From: Haloquadratum walsbyi C23
GTDB lineage: Archaea; Halobacteriota; Halobacteria; Halobacteriales; Haloferacaceae
Direction: 5' to 3'
DNA: 32,000 bases
Assembly: GCF_000237865.1 (NCBI RefSeq)
Contig: NC_017459.1
Span: 2,460,001 to 2,492,000 of the forward strand
Made by a program: the position numbers and the translations under genes. Shown here piece by piece: positions 16,165 to 25,761 of the stretch (position 1 is its first letter; every line of letters starts with the position of its first letter). The notes beneath the pieces were generated by a model that was not told where the DNA came from, did not search any database, and saw only the letters and a program-made list of their open reading frames with translations.

Positions 16165-17355
16165 ATGTCGATCATTGTCACTGGCGGCGACGGATATCTT
16201 GGCTGGCCGACTGGGCTTCGGATTGCATCAGAGACAGACGATCGCGTGCTTCTTGTCGATAATCTCGCTCGTCGAGAGTGGGTTTCCGAAGTTGGGTCTG
16301 TGTCAGCAACACCAATCGCCTCAATGGAAACCCGACTCACCGCCGCTCAGGAAGTTCATGGGCTGAGAAATCTTTCATTCGTCCAAGGCGACCTCACTGA
16401 TCGTTCATTTGTGGATGAATTGTGCCAAATCCACGAACCACAGGTGATTGTGCATACTGCGGCACAACCGTCCGCGCCGTATTCACAGATTAATGGTGAG
16501 CGGGCGAATTATACACAGCAAAATAATATGCAGGCAACGCGGAATCTCGTGTTTGGCTTGCATGAAAACGACCTTGTCGACACACATCTTATTGAAACGA
16601 CCACAACAGGTGTCTATGGCGCTCCCGAGTTCCCAATCCCAGAGGGTGGCACAGTGATGGAACATCAAGACAGTCGTGATGAGGTTCCATTCCCAGCGAT
16701 GGCGGGATCCTGGTACCACATGACGAAAAGCCACGACGCTGCTAATCTTCGTCTTGCACACAGTCAGTTCGATATCCCGATTAGTGATGTTCGCACTGCA
16801 ATCACGTATGGAGCTGGAACAAAAGAAACCAGAGTGGACGATAGACTCATGACTCGGTTTGATTTCGATTATTACTTTGGTGTCGTTGCACATCGATTTG
16901 CCGCACAAGCGGTTGCCGGATACCCAATTACGGTGTATGGAAAAGGAAAACAGCGGAAGCCATTCATCTCGCTTGAGGATGCTGTCGAGGGGCTGACTCG
17001 GTTAGCAGTCACTGAGTCTGATGAACGACCAGATGATCATGTTGTTTACAATCAGGTGACGCGACCAATCTCAATCGTTGAGATGGGAACGACCATTGCT
17101 GATGTCGCTACAGAATTCGGGTTCAATACCGATGTTGAACACTTCGAAAACCCACGGGATGAGGACGAGACACACAAAATGGAGATTGAAAATGACCGAT
17201 ATGCGAATCTGATTGGCGGTCAGTCTGTGACATTTGAAGAGGGAATTCGCGAGGTGTTTGAAACGCTTACAGATTGCACAGAGCGTATCAAATCACATGA
17301 AGATCGATTCCTTCCTAGCGTGCTTGAGGACCGATTAGCGGAGGAAGCGGAGTGA
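16165..17355 (+). CDS. UDP-sulfoquinovose synthase (SQD1/SqdB/Agl3 family SDR)
   Basis: Contains VTGGDGYLGWPT (the SQD1-type GGDGYCGW motif), AAQPSAPYS, ANYTQQNN, GVYG, SWYHMTKSHD, DYYFGVVAHRFAAQAVAGYPITVYGKGKQRKPF. It is colinear with my recollection of plant SQD1 over the whole length. Confidence 0.9.
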   Translation: MSIIVTGGDGYLGWPTGLRIASETDDRVLLVDNLARREWVSEVGSVSATPIASMETRLTAAQEVHGLRNLSFVQGDLTDRSFVDELCQIHEPQVIVHTAAQPSAPYSQINGERANYTQQNNMQATRNLVFGLHENDLVDTHLIETTTTGVYGAPEFPIPEGGTVMEHQDSRDEVPFPAMAGSWYHMTKSHDAANLRLAHSQFDIPISDVRTAITYGAGTKETRVDDRLMTRFDFDYYFGVVAHRFAAQAVAGYPITVYGKGKQRKPFISLEDAVEGLTRLAVTESDERPDDHVVYNQVTRPISIVEMGTTIADVATEFGFNTDVEHFENPRDEDETHKMEIENDRYANLIGGQSVTFEEGIREVFETLTDCTERIKSHEDRFLPSVLEDRLAEEAE

Positions 17356-18350
17356 CCACGAACAGCGCAAGCGCAGGGCATGTGCTCGTCACGGGAGGAT
17401 GCGGGTATATCGGAAGCGCGCTGATTCCACAGTTGCTTGAAAATGACTCTGTGAGCCATGTCACTGTATTCGATAGTTTTGCTTCGAGTTCCCCACAGAA
17501 TCTTTTTGCAACAGGGCTGGGATCGACTGATAAATTATCATTCATCCGTGGAGATATCCAACAGTATGGCGATGTTGAAAACGCAGTTCGTGGTGCTGAA
17601 ACAATCATTCATCTCGCAGCGATAACTGGAGCGGCAAGCACACATGATCGTCGTGAGGAAACGTTCGCAATCAATTATGACGGCACAGAAAACGTGCTTC
17701 GTGCAGCAGGAAAGTTTGGTGTCAAAAATGTCGTGTTTGCCTCATCGTGTAACGTGTACGGGCGCGCTGCCGAGACAGAAATTACTGAACACACTGACCC
17801 AGACCCGCTCAATCCATATGCTGAATCAAAACTCAAAGCGGAGTCCCTTCTACGGGATGCAGTCGATACGTACAATTTCGACGGGACTGCATTACGGATG
17901 AGTACGAATTACGGTTATGCACCAGGCGTTCGATTCAATCTTGTTGTGAATCACTTCGTGTTCCGTGCGCTGACGGACCGTCCGTTGACTGTGTATGGCG
18001 ATGGAAGCAACTGGCGACCATTCATCCATGTGCATGATGCAGCACGGGCGTACGCACATGCTGCATGTAATCCACAGCAATGGTCACAATTTTGCTATAA
18101 CGTTGGAGCGAGCACGCAAAACTTCCAGATTGAGACAATTGCGCAAGCCGTCCGCGAGGAACTTGATCAAACACTCGAAATAACATATCTCCGGGATGAA
18201 CATCCTGGACCGTCGTATCACGTGAATTTTGACCGACTCGGTGAAACAAAATACCAACCAAAATATACTCTTCGAGAGGGTATTACAGAACTTGCAACGC
18301 AGTTTACAGAGATGGAATCACGGACAATCACAGCGGAGCAGAGATTATGA
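17352..18350 (+). CDS. NAD-dependent sugar epimerase/dehydratase (extended SDR)
   Basis: Contains VTGGCGYIGSAL (GxxGxxG) and PYAESKLKAE (YxxxK). GTGA overlap with the upstream gene. Confidence 0.85.
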   Translation: MTTNSASAGHVLVTGGCGYIGSALIPQLLENDSVSHVTVFDSFASSSPQNLFATGLGSTDKLSFIRGDIQQYGDVENAVRGAETIIHLAAITGAASTHDRREETFAINYDGTENVLRAAGKFGVKNVVFASSCNVYGRAAETEITEHTDPDPLNPYAESKLKAESLLRDAVDTYNFDGTALRMSTNYGYAPGVRFNLVVNHFVFRALTDRPLTVYGDGSNWRPFIHVHDAARAYAHAACNPQQWSQFCYNVGASTQNFQIETIAQAVREELDQTLEITYLRDEHPGPSYHVNFDRLGETKYQPKYTLREGITELATQFTEMESRTITAEQRL

Positions 18351-19336
18351 CAACAGAACAAAGTAACTCACTGCACGTCGCAATAACCGGTGCAGCAGGA
18401 TACATCGGAAGTCGGGTAGTTAGATTACTTCAAGAGGCACACCCGGAGTGGACGCTCACCGCCATCGATAATTTCTATCTTGGTGACGTACGCGAGGTCG
18501 GTGAGACGGACGTCGTACATGTCGATATTCGAAATCGGTCTGCACTGGAGGATGCGCTCACCGGGTCGGATATCGTGTTACATCTCGCAGCAGTGAGCGG
18601 CGTCGATGACTGTGAGACGAACGCTGACCTTGCGTACGAGGTGAATGTTACCGGCACGACGAACGTGGCGTGGCTCTGTCGAAAAACCGGCGCAGCGCTT
18701 GCATTCCCATTCAGTATGGCTGTGCTTGGTGACCCAGAATCATTCCCAATCAGTGTTGATGACGGTCGTGATCCAATGAACTGGTATGGACGAACAAAAC
18801 TCATTGGCGAGCGTCTTGTCGAGGAGTTTGCAGCGGATACCTTCCCAGCACATCTATTTCTCAAATCGAATCTATATGGGGAGCATACAATCAATGGACA
18901 ACGCGTCTCAAAAGGAACGGTCATCAATTTCTTCGTTAACAGAGTATTCGACGAGAAGCCATTGACAGTGTACGAGCCAGGAACACAATCACGGAACTAC
19001 ATTCATGTTGATGATGTTGCCCGGGCATATGTTCGAAGTGCTGAGCGATTACAGGAACAACTCAACCGGGATGAAACAGGCATCGAAAAGTACGAAATCG
19101 CCTCAAAGGAAGACCCAGGAATCATGACGGTCGCCGAGACGGTTCGACAAAGCGCGCAAGAAGAAATTGACACAGACGTAGACGTCACTCTTGTTGAAAA
19201 CCCACGAAGTGGTGAGACACTCGTTGATCGGTTTGAGGTCGATATCTCAAAAGCACGTGAGCAACTCAACTGGGAGCCACAACATACAGTCGAGTCATCA
19301 ATCAGGCGATTGCTGCAGACGAAAAACACCGAGTGA
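18347..19336 (+). CDS. NAD-dependent sugar epimerase/dehydratase (extended SDR)
   Basis: Contains ITGAAGYIGSRV and WYGRTKLIGE (YxxxK). ATGA overlap with the upstream gene. Confidence 0.85.
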   Translation: MTTEQSNSLHVAITGAAGYIGSRVVRLLQEAHPEWTLTAIDNFYLGDVREVGETDVVHVDIRNRSALEDALTGSDIVLHLAAVSGVDDCETNADLAYEVNVTGTTNVAWLCRKTGAALAFPFSMAVLGDPESFPISVDDGRDPMNWYGRTKLIGERLVEEFAADTFPAHLFLKSNLYGEHTINGQRVSKGTVINFFVNRVFDEKPLTVYEPGTQSRNYIHVDDVARAYVRSAERLQEQLNRDETGIEKYEIASKEDPGIMTVAETVRQSAQEEIDTDVDVTLVENPRSGETLVDRFEVDISKAREQLNWEPQHTVESSIRRLLQTKNTE

Positions 19337-19386
19337 TAGAGCTTCAGGTGTCACCGATTCCGCTCACATGACTGATGATTCGCAGG

Positions 19387-20244
19387 CTATGGGTTTGGGT
19401 GGTCATCCACTGTGTCATACTGCCAAATAAGATCAAAATATCGCTCTAATCCGGCGACAAATGACGCATTATCGGTGATAGCCGCCTGTCGATTGTGCAA
19501 TGGAATATCTTCTTCTTCAACAAGCAAAACAGCAGCTCCAGAGTCATATGATAAGCTAGGATCGACGACCGTCCCCCGCCATGGGAGTCGCTTTGCACTA
19601 AATCGATACTCGATTGCTGGATATGACGAATTGAGATGCTGACGCATCCGTTGTTGATGTGCTTGATTTGATTCCTCAAGTAATTCTGGATCAAGAAAGA
19701 GCACGCGTATCTCACAGCCACGCTCAAGCGCGTCGGTGGCTGCTGGCTCAACCGCGTCAAAGTACTCAAAACTCTTTGTAATGACATGAACGCAGTTCGT
19801 CGCATCACGATAGATTGAGCGCGTCTCGCGTTCACTCGGTTCTCCGACATCGACAACGTGGAACAACTCTTCGGTTGTTGAGATTTCATCTCGTCCACGT
19901 TCATATATCGGCGCGAGTGTCTCAACGAACTCTTCTTCGATATCCTCAATCTGCTTTTTGAATGAGGCATATTCCTGTCGTTCGTTCTCGATTGCTTGAT
20001 CAAGAAGCTCTGCTGGTGGCTTCGCCTCATATTCCTTTGGACGCCCAGGGATTATTTTGATGAAGCCTTCATCGGAAAGACTATCAAGAACACCATAGAC
20101 TCGGGCTTTTGGGATCCCTGTCGCTTCTGAGAGACTCGGAGCAGTGCTGCGACCAAGTTCAATAAGCGACCGGAGAGCCTGTTCTTCATACTCAGTCAGT
20201 TCAAACGCATCGAGAAGCTCTGATGGCTGGTGAGAGTCATTCAT
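19387..20244 (-). CDS. TrmB-family sugar-responsive transcriptional regulator
   Basis: N-terminal wHTH LTEYEEQALRSLIELGRSTAPSLSEATGIPKARVYGVLDSLSDEGFIKIIPGRPKEY, followed by a roughly 170-aa effector-type domain. Confidence 0.85.
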   Translation of the reverse strand: MNDSHQPSELLDAFELTEYEEQALRSLIELGRSTAPSLSEATGIPKARVYGVLDSLSDEGFIKIIPGRPKEYEAKPPAELLDQAIENERQEYASFKKQIEDIEEEFVETLAPIYERGRDEISTTEELFHVVDVGEPSERETRSIYRDATNCVHVITKSFEYFDAVEPAATDALERGCEIRVLFLDPELLEESNQAHQQRMRQHLNSSYPAIEYRFSAKRLPWRGTVVDPSLSYDSGAAVLLVEEEDIPLHNRQAAITDNASFVAGLERYFDLIWQYDTVDDHPNP

Positions 20245-20560
20245 ATGTGGTAAGTGATCTGCTGAATTCTGTTCGCGCCCCTCTATGAGGCGATGCCACA
20301 GTCATTATGCGAGAGATTGTGTTTCAGATACGTACTGTTGTCGATGTTTCTCAGTCGGTGGTGACAGGATGCTATGCATAGTGTGTCAGAGTATCGAATC
20401 ACAATAACACTGATATGGATATTTTATCTTAAACATATTATTTGAATCTGTGTCACAGTCGAGGCGATTCAAAGAATTGTATTTGTGGTGAGCAACTATC
20501 AGTAGGGGACGATGACAGACCAGAGTCAAAATCACGGATCATCTACGATAATCAGTAGTG

Positions 20561-20575
20561 ACTCAGATTCTGAGT
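20561..20575. promoter_or_regulatory. perfect 15-bp palindrome actcagattctgagt (ACT-N8-GAGTA); candidate TrmB-type operator
   Basis: Read directly from the sequence. It lies in the 635-bp AT-rich divergent intergenic region between the trmB-like gene and the first GlmU-like gene. It resembles the TACT-N7-8-GAGTA motif I recall being reported for Halobacterium TrmB. Confidence 0.35.
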
Positions 20576-20621
20576 AAATGCAGCAATAGAATTAAGTTAC
20601 CAGTCATTGAATAGCCATGTG

Positions 20622-20777
20622 ATGACCGCAGAGCACGATGACAGAACACACCTGAGTGAGATTGAGGATGGCGCGGGATGCACTGAAATCTGGGAGTATC
20701 TCACCGAGAGACGTGCAGATGCTACGTCTGATACCGATATCCCTGAGACGAGTGATAGAACCACGAGTATGAACTGA
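20622..20777 (+). CDS. possible small acidic protein (51 aa), unknown function
   Basis: Hand-found ORF below the track cutoff: MTAEHDDRTHLSEIEDGAGCTEIWEYLTERRADATSDTDIPETSDRTTSMN*. Its acidic composition is typical of haloarchaeal proteins. The opposite-strand track ORF 20604..20816 looks like its shadow. Confidence 0.35.
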   Translation: MTAEHDDRTHLSEIEDGAGCTEIWEYLTERRADATSDTDIPETSDRTTSMN

Positions 20778-20879
20778 TTCGTAGGGATAGCTCAACAACG
20801 AATTGGCTGTCGTCAATAAACGTGATTATCAAAATGCGTGAAAACAAAATTCATGTGACTGCTCTGAGTGAGATGATGT

Positions 20880-22079
20880 ATGACAATTGATACCGCTGTG
20901 ATTCTTGCAGCGGGCGAGGGAACCCGACTCCGCCCACTTACAACCCACAGACCAAAGCCAATGTTACCGGCTGGTGATATTCCAATTCTCGAACACGTAC
21001 TCAATAGTCTTGTTGAGGCTGGTATCAGTGAGATTCACCTCGTTGTTGGATATCAACGTGCGCGGGTTCAGAATCACTTTGGGTCGACATACCGCAACCG
21101 ACCGATTACGTATCATATCCAACACACACAACTCGGGAGTGGGCATGCACTTCTTCAAGCAGATGAAACAATTGAAACTGATTTTCTCGTCCTTAACGGC
21201 GATCAAATTGTCACCGAAGAAATGATTGAGACTGTTTCTTCCTCACATACAGCGACCGATACGGCGACGCTTGGCGTTGTCGAGAGTGAGAAAGCCTCAC
21301 AGTACGGCGCTGTTGAATTGAATGACAACCGCATCACAGAGTTCATTGAACAGCCAGCTGATGATGAATATCGATTGCTCAATGCTGGCGTGTATGTATT
21401 CGGACCGTCGATCTTTGCTGCACTTGAGCGGACATTCCAAGAACAGGGACGTCTTTCACTTCCAGAGACAATTCGTGACCTCACCACGGATGAGAGTGCT
21501 GTCCGTGGCGTTGTAACCGAGAGTCCCTGGCAGGACGCAACATATCCATGGGACCTTCTTTCGGTCATGCAGACCTTGTTCGATCAAGACCGGATTGGTG
21601 ATGAGACGACCGAGCAATCACCCGGCGTGTTCTCTGATCAGACAGCAACGATTCACGAGGATGCAACACTCCGCCCACCCGTTATCGTCAGTGCAGACAC
21701 TGTCGTTGGACCACAGGCTGTTCTTGGACCCGGGGTCGCTGTCGGTGAGAACACAACGATCGGAGCGGGTGCAGTACTGACGAACGTACTCGTTGACAGT
21801 GACACACGAGTTGGGCAGAACGCGACACTCATTGATACAGTTCTTGGGCAGGGTGTCCACCTTGGTCCGGGAGTCATTATTGCTGGGGGACCAGCCGATA
21901 TTCGTATTGATACAAAAGTACACGAGGACTGCGACCTCGGCGGGGTTATTGCTGACCGAGCGACGGTCGGTGGTGGTGTGACAGTTGCATCTGGGTCACT
22001 CGTCGGGTCTGCGGCAACGATTCAATCAAATGCTCATATTGATGGAAACATTCCAAACGAGGCGGAGGTGCTACGATAA
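20880..22079 (+). CDS. GlmU-like bifunctional sugar-1-phosphate nucleotidylyltransferase/acetyltransferase (NTP-transferase plus left-handed beta-helix)
   Basis: N-terminus VILAAGEGTRLRPLTTHRPKPMLP. The C-terminal half has hexapeptide repeats (VGPQAVLGPGVAVGENTTIGAGAVLTNVLVDSDTRVG...). Its stop overlaps the glmS start. Confidence 0.85.
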   Translation: MTIDTAVILAAGEGTRLRPLTTHRPKPMLPAGDIPILEHVLNSLVEAGISEIHLVVGYQRARVQNHFGSTYRNRPITYHIQHTQLGSGHALLQADETIETDFLVLNGDQIVTEEMIETVSSSHTATDTATLGVVESEKASQYGAVELNDNRITEFIEQPADDEYRLLNAGVYVFGPSIFAALERTFQEQGRLSLPETIRDLTTDESAVRGVVTESPWQDATYPWDLLSVMQTLFDQDRIGDETTEQSPGVFSDQTATIHEDATLRPPVIVSADTVVGPQAVLGPGVAVGENTTIGAGAVLTNVLVDSDTRVGQNATLIDTVLGQGVHLGPGVIIAGGPADIRIDTKVHEDCDLGGVIADRATVGGGVTVASGSLVGSAATIQSNAHIDGNIPNEAEVLR

Positions 22080-23899
22080 TGTGTGGAATCATTGGCTGTG
22101 TTAATCCGGATGGTGGAACGCGTGAAGTATTGATGAATGGACTGGCGAATCTCGACTATCGCGGCTATGATTCCGCAGGGATTGCTGTTGCTGATGGGGG
22201 AATTGAGGTTGCAAAACGCGAGGGCGAGATTGACCGACTCCAAAAGCAAGTTACAGCACGCTCAGACACGCTTGATGGACCTGCTGGGATTGGTCACACC
22301 CGGTGGAGTACACACGGTCCACCGACGGACGCCAATGCACATCCACATACCGATGGAACCGGAGACGTTGCTGTTGTCCACAACGGCATTATTGAGAACT
22401 ACCAGTCGATTCGAGATGAACTTGAGGCCGATGGTGTTGAATTCGTCAGTGAGACTGACACAGAGGTTGTGCCGCATCTTATCAGCAAATTCCGGGATGG
22501 CGGCGCCGATCCACAGACAGCGTTTCGCCGCGCTGTCGAGCGGATTACGGGGAGTTACGCACTTGCAGTCGTCTTTGAGGATCATGATGCAATCTTTGCA
22601 ACACGAGATGGCTCGCCACTCGTCATCGGCGTTGATGAGGACGCAGCCTTTCTTGCCAGTGACGTGCCTGCATTTCTTGAATACACACGTGATGTGATTT
22701 ATCTTGAGGACGGTCAGTTCGCAACGCTGCGACCATCAGGTGTCGAGGTAACTGAAAGCGATGGAACGTCTGTTGACCCGTCAGTAACGACCGTTGAGTG
22801 GAGTGCCGACCAAACGGCAAAGAGTGGGTATGACCACTTCATGGCGAAGGAAATCCATGAGCAACCGGCATCACTCCGTCAGTGCCTCCGCGGTCGCGTC
22901 AACGAATTGAGTGGCTCCGTGTCGCTCGAGGAATTATCTGATATTGATTCGCCAGGGAGTGTTCAATTGGTCGCATGCGGGACGTCGTATCACGCCGCAT
23001 TGTACGTAGCACGACTGTTCAGGGCGCACGGTGTGCCTGCACAGGCGTATCTCGCAAGTGAGTATGTTACAGCACCAGCCCCATTCGATTCTGATTCACT
23101 CCTTATCGGGATCACACAGAGCGGGGAGACAGCAGATACGCTCAGTGCACTTCGGAAGGCACAGCGTCGTGGGGCATCAACACTCGCAGTGACTAATGTT
23201 GTCGGAAGCACTGCTGCTCGTGAGTGTGATCATGTGGTGTACATCCGTGCTGGTCCAGAGATTGGCGTCGCCGCAACGAAGACGTTCTCATCACAACTCG
23301 CAACCGGGAATCTCCTTGTCGAACGACTCTGTGCGAGCGGTACAAAGAGAACGTCGGAGTCAACGCGTGAGCTGATCCCGGCGCTTCGTGATCTCCCCAA
23401 TCAACTGCAATCAGTTATCGATAATTCAACCGCAAAATCAGTCGTTGAGGAATATCTCGATTATGATGCGTACTTCTTCATTGGTCGTGGACTTCACCGA
23501 CCTGTTGCACTCGAGGGGGCACTCAAGTTCAAAGAAATCACGTATGAACATGCCGAGGGATTCGCAGCCGGCGAACTCAAACATGGTCCACTTGCGCTTG
23601 TTACACAGCGGACGCCGATATTCGCGGTTGTAACCGGCGATGGAGAGCGCGCTCAAAAGACAATCAGCAATATCAAAGAGGTCCAAGCACGCGATGCCCC
23701 GGTGGTTGCAGTGACTGACGGGCAATCAGAGGTGAGACGATACGCTAATCACACTCTTGAGATTCCACAGACCCATCCAAGAATAGCGCCAGTACTTGCA
23801 AATACGCAACTCCAACTTGTTGCATATCATATGGCTGACCGAATGAATCGCTCAATCGATAAGCCACGAAATCTGGCGAAGAGTGTGACGGTTGAGTGA
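22079..23899 (+). CDS. glmS: glutamine--fructose-6-phosphate aminotransferase (isomerising)
   Basis: N-terminal MCGIIG (Cys nucleophile), two SIS domains (GTSYHAALY..., ITQSGETADTL) and a C-terminal ...AKSVTVE. Confidence 0.95.
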   Translation: MCGIIGCVNPDGGTREVLMNGLANLDYRGYDSAGIAVADGGIEVAKREGEIDRLQKQVTARSDTLDGPAGIGHTRWSTHGPPTDANAHPHTDGTGDVAVVHNGIIENYQSIRDELEADGVEFVSETDTEVVPHLISKFRDGGADPQTAFRRAVERITGSYALAVVFEDHDAIFATRDGSPLVIGVDEDAAFLASDVPAFLEYTRDVIYLEDGQFATLRPSGVEVTESDGTSVDPSVTTVEWSADQTAKSGYDHFMAKEIHEQPASLRQCLRGRVNELSGSVSLEELSDIDSPGSVQLVACGTSYHAALYVARLFRAHGVPAQAYLASEYVTAPAPFDSDSLLIGITQSGETADTLSALRKAQRRGASTLAVTNVVGSTAARECDHVVYIRAGPEIGVAATKTFSSQLATGNLLVERLCASGTKRTSESTRELIPALRDLPNQLQSVIDNSTAKSVVEEYLDYDAYFFIGRGLHRPVALEGALKFKEITYEHAEGFAAGELKHGPLALVTQRTPIFAVVTGDGERAQKTISNIKEVQARDAPVVAVTDGQSEVRRYANHTLEIPQTHPRIAPVLANTQLQLVAYHMADRMNRSIDKPRNLAKSVTVE

Positions 23900-24211
23900 G
23901 ATTTAAAACGACGGTTAATATCAACAACGGCGTTCGTTCGGACAGGATATCATCGATATCGTCTTCTGTTGTCTTGATATCAGAAGCGATTGTTTCCAGA
24001 TTAGATTAATGCCAAGGGAATTTCTTGCTGGGTGGATATACAGACGCTTGCAACAGTTCGATAAGTCGGTAGTTGGCTATCTGGCGGTCATGCCGGATTG
24101 CGACGAGGCGGTTGTCCGGTCCGCATAGATCAACTGTGAAGAACTCAATCCCCGATTCAAGATACAGTGCCATCCCGTCGAGTTGTGTCCGTTGAGGTGA
24201 ATCATACGATC

Positions 24212-25288
24212 ATGAAAATATACCCGAAGGTGCCGCGTTACGATCATCCGGTTGTCCCGTCGGACTTTTTTGATGCCGAGTCACTCACACTCATTGAGAA
24301 AGTCGATGGAAGCTCGTTCCGGTTTACACTGTATGATGAGCGCTACGCAGTACAGTACCCAGAGGCGGTCATTGAAACCGCTACCGGAGATGGCAGCCTC
24401 GTCTTTGGAACGCGAAAGACAATCCGCGGTAGTCATCGCGATGCCCTCGCCGATATTGATGGCGCACTTCATCGTGCAGTACGGTGTCTCCGTGAGAGTG
24501 TTAAGACGGCTCCTCTCCGACACCTACACGACACATTCGACGGACCACTGATCATCTATGCCGAGAATCTCGTGTATTCGACACTTGATTATGGGTTTGA
24601 CACAAACGAACTTCCCGCGTTGGTGGGATTCGATATCCTCCCACATGCCAATGTTAATACAATGGTACCGTCGGGAAATCCATACGAAGAGACACATGAG
24701 GGGTTTCTCGATCATGAGACAGCATGGGCAATTTTTGAGCAACTTCGCGTTGATGAGGCTCCAATTGATATGTCCTTTGTCCCAGCACCAATCCTCAAGC
24801 AGTCTGGCGGCGACTTCGACCCAACGACATACACGTTCCCCACCTCGTCGCTGGCAGATGATGTCCAGGTTGAAGGAATAGTTATCCGAAGTCCAACTCG
24901 GGATCGCCGCGTAAAACTCGTCAGGGAGGCGTTTCAAGAACGTAATCGCGAGCAGTTTGATCAGCGACCTGCAGACGCTGACTCCGGGGCGGAATACGTC
25001 GTCGCTACATACTGTACATCAGCCTGAATCCGAAAGCAGGCTCGGACGCTTGTTGTTGAGGAGGGACGTGAGTTTGGTCTTCATCTTAATGAGGACCTCT
25101 ATCAGCGCGTCGTTGAGGACATTTGGGCTGAGCATTGGCAGGAACTGATGACGCTCGATAGATCGTTCACACCGACGGACGTGTATCCGCTGGTCGCCAA
25201 GCGGTGTATTGCCGAACTCAGACAGATGCAGACAAATGCAGAATTGAACGACGCACAACCGACTGAATTGTGGCAACATCTCTTCTAG
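24212..25288 (+). pseudogene. RNA ligase family protein interrupted by one in-frame TGA
   Basis: Ligase/nucleotidyltransferase motifs are present: I (IEKVDGSS), III-like (IIYAENL), IV (EGIVIR), V (RVKLVREAF). After the TGA at 25025..25027 the same frame continues IRKQARTLVVEEGREFGLHLNEDLYQRVVEDIWAEHWQELM...ELWQHLF* to 25288. Total length is 1077 nt, divisible by 3. Confidence 0.75.
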
Positions 25289-25399
25289 ACTGCGAGACAA
25301 ACAAGAGCGTGGAGACTTCGTCGTCCCGGGACAACACCATATCAATAGGAGTATAATGCTTACCGGTCCTATCCTGTCGAGCAGGTTTCGTTTTTACAT

Positions 25400-25650
25400 C
25401 AATGCCCGGACCGGCTCTGTCCGACTCTGTTCGAGAGTTCCCTGGTTTGACGCAACGTACCGAAACCAGAACCGGAGAAAGTAATCTCTCAACCGATACA
25501 GTCCATGACTGTCCAGGTCGGGTGACCAGCATTTCTCGTTCGACCACCGCAATTTGAGCGAAGTTTTGGAGATATTGCGAAAGCACGCTTCTGAAACACG
25601 AGGTGTATTGGTCGAGCTTGGAATGGTGATTGGTAATTATGTGCACAATA
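25400..25650 (-). pseudogene. fragment of a second archaeal ATPase (DUF234-like part), frameshifted and truncated
   Basis: Nucleotide runs are shared with 8055..8240 (ctgttcgag, acgtaccgaaaccagaaccg, ccgatacagtcc). The translation LSQYLQNFAQIAVVEREMLVTRPGQS, then in a shifted frame LYRLRDYFLRFWFRYVASNQGTLEQSRTEPV, parallels LSRYLQNLTQLAILEQEHPVTDPDGRGLYRLTDDFLRFWFRYVVPNRGTLEQGRTAPV. Confidence 0.65.
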
Positions 25651-25761
25651 ATATAATCACACACATTACTATCAGATGCATTATTTTGGCTGTATCAGTT
25701 CGGTGGTAACACCAGATCATAAACCCGAATCACTATTTCAATCCCGATACCGCGTTTATAC

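Noticed and set aside
24006-24173. 55-aa minus-strand ORF MALYLESGIEFFTVDLCGPDNRLVAIRHDRQIANYRLIELLQASVYPPSKKFPWH
   Set aside because: Its composition is plausible, but it is below the track cutoff, has no recognisable domain and sits in the promoter region of the ligase gene. Evidence is insufficient.
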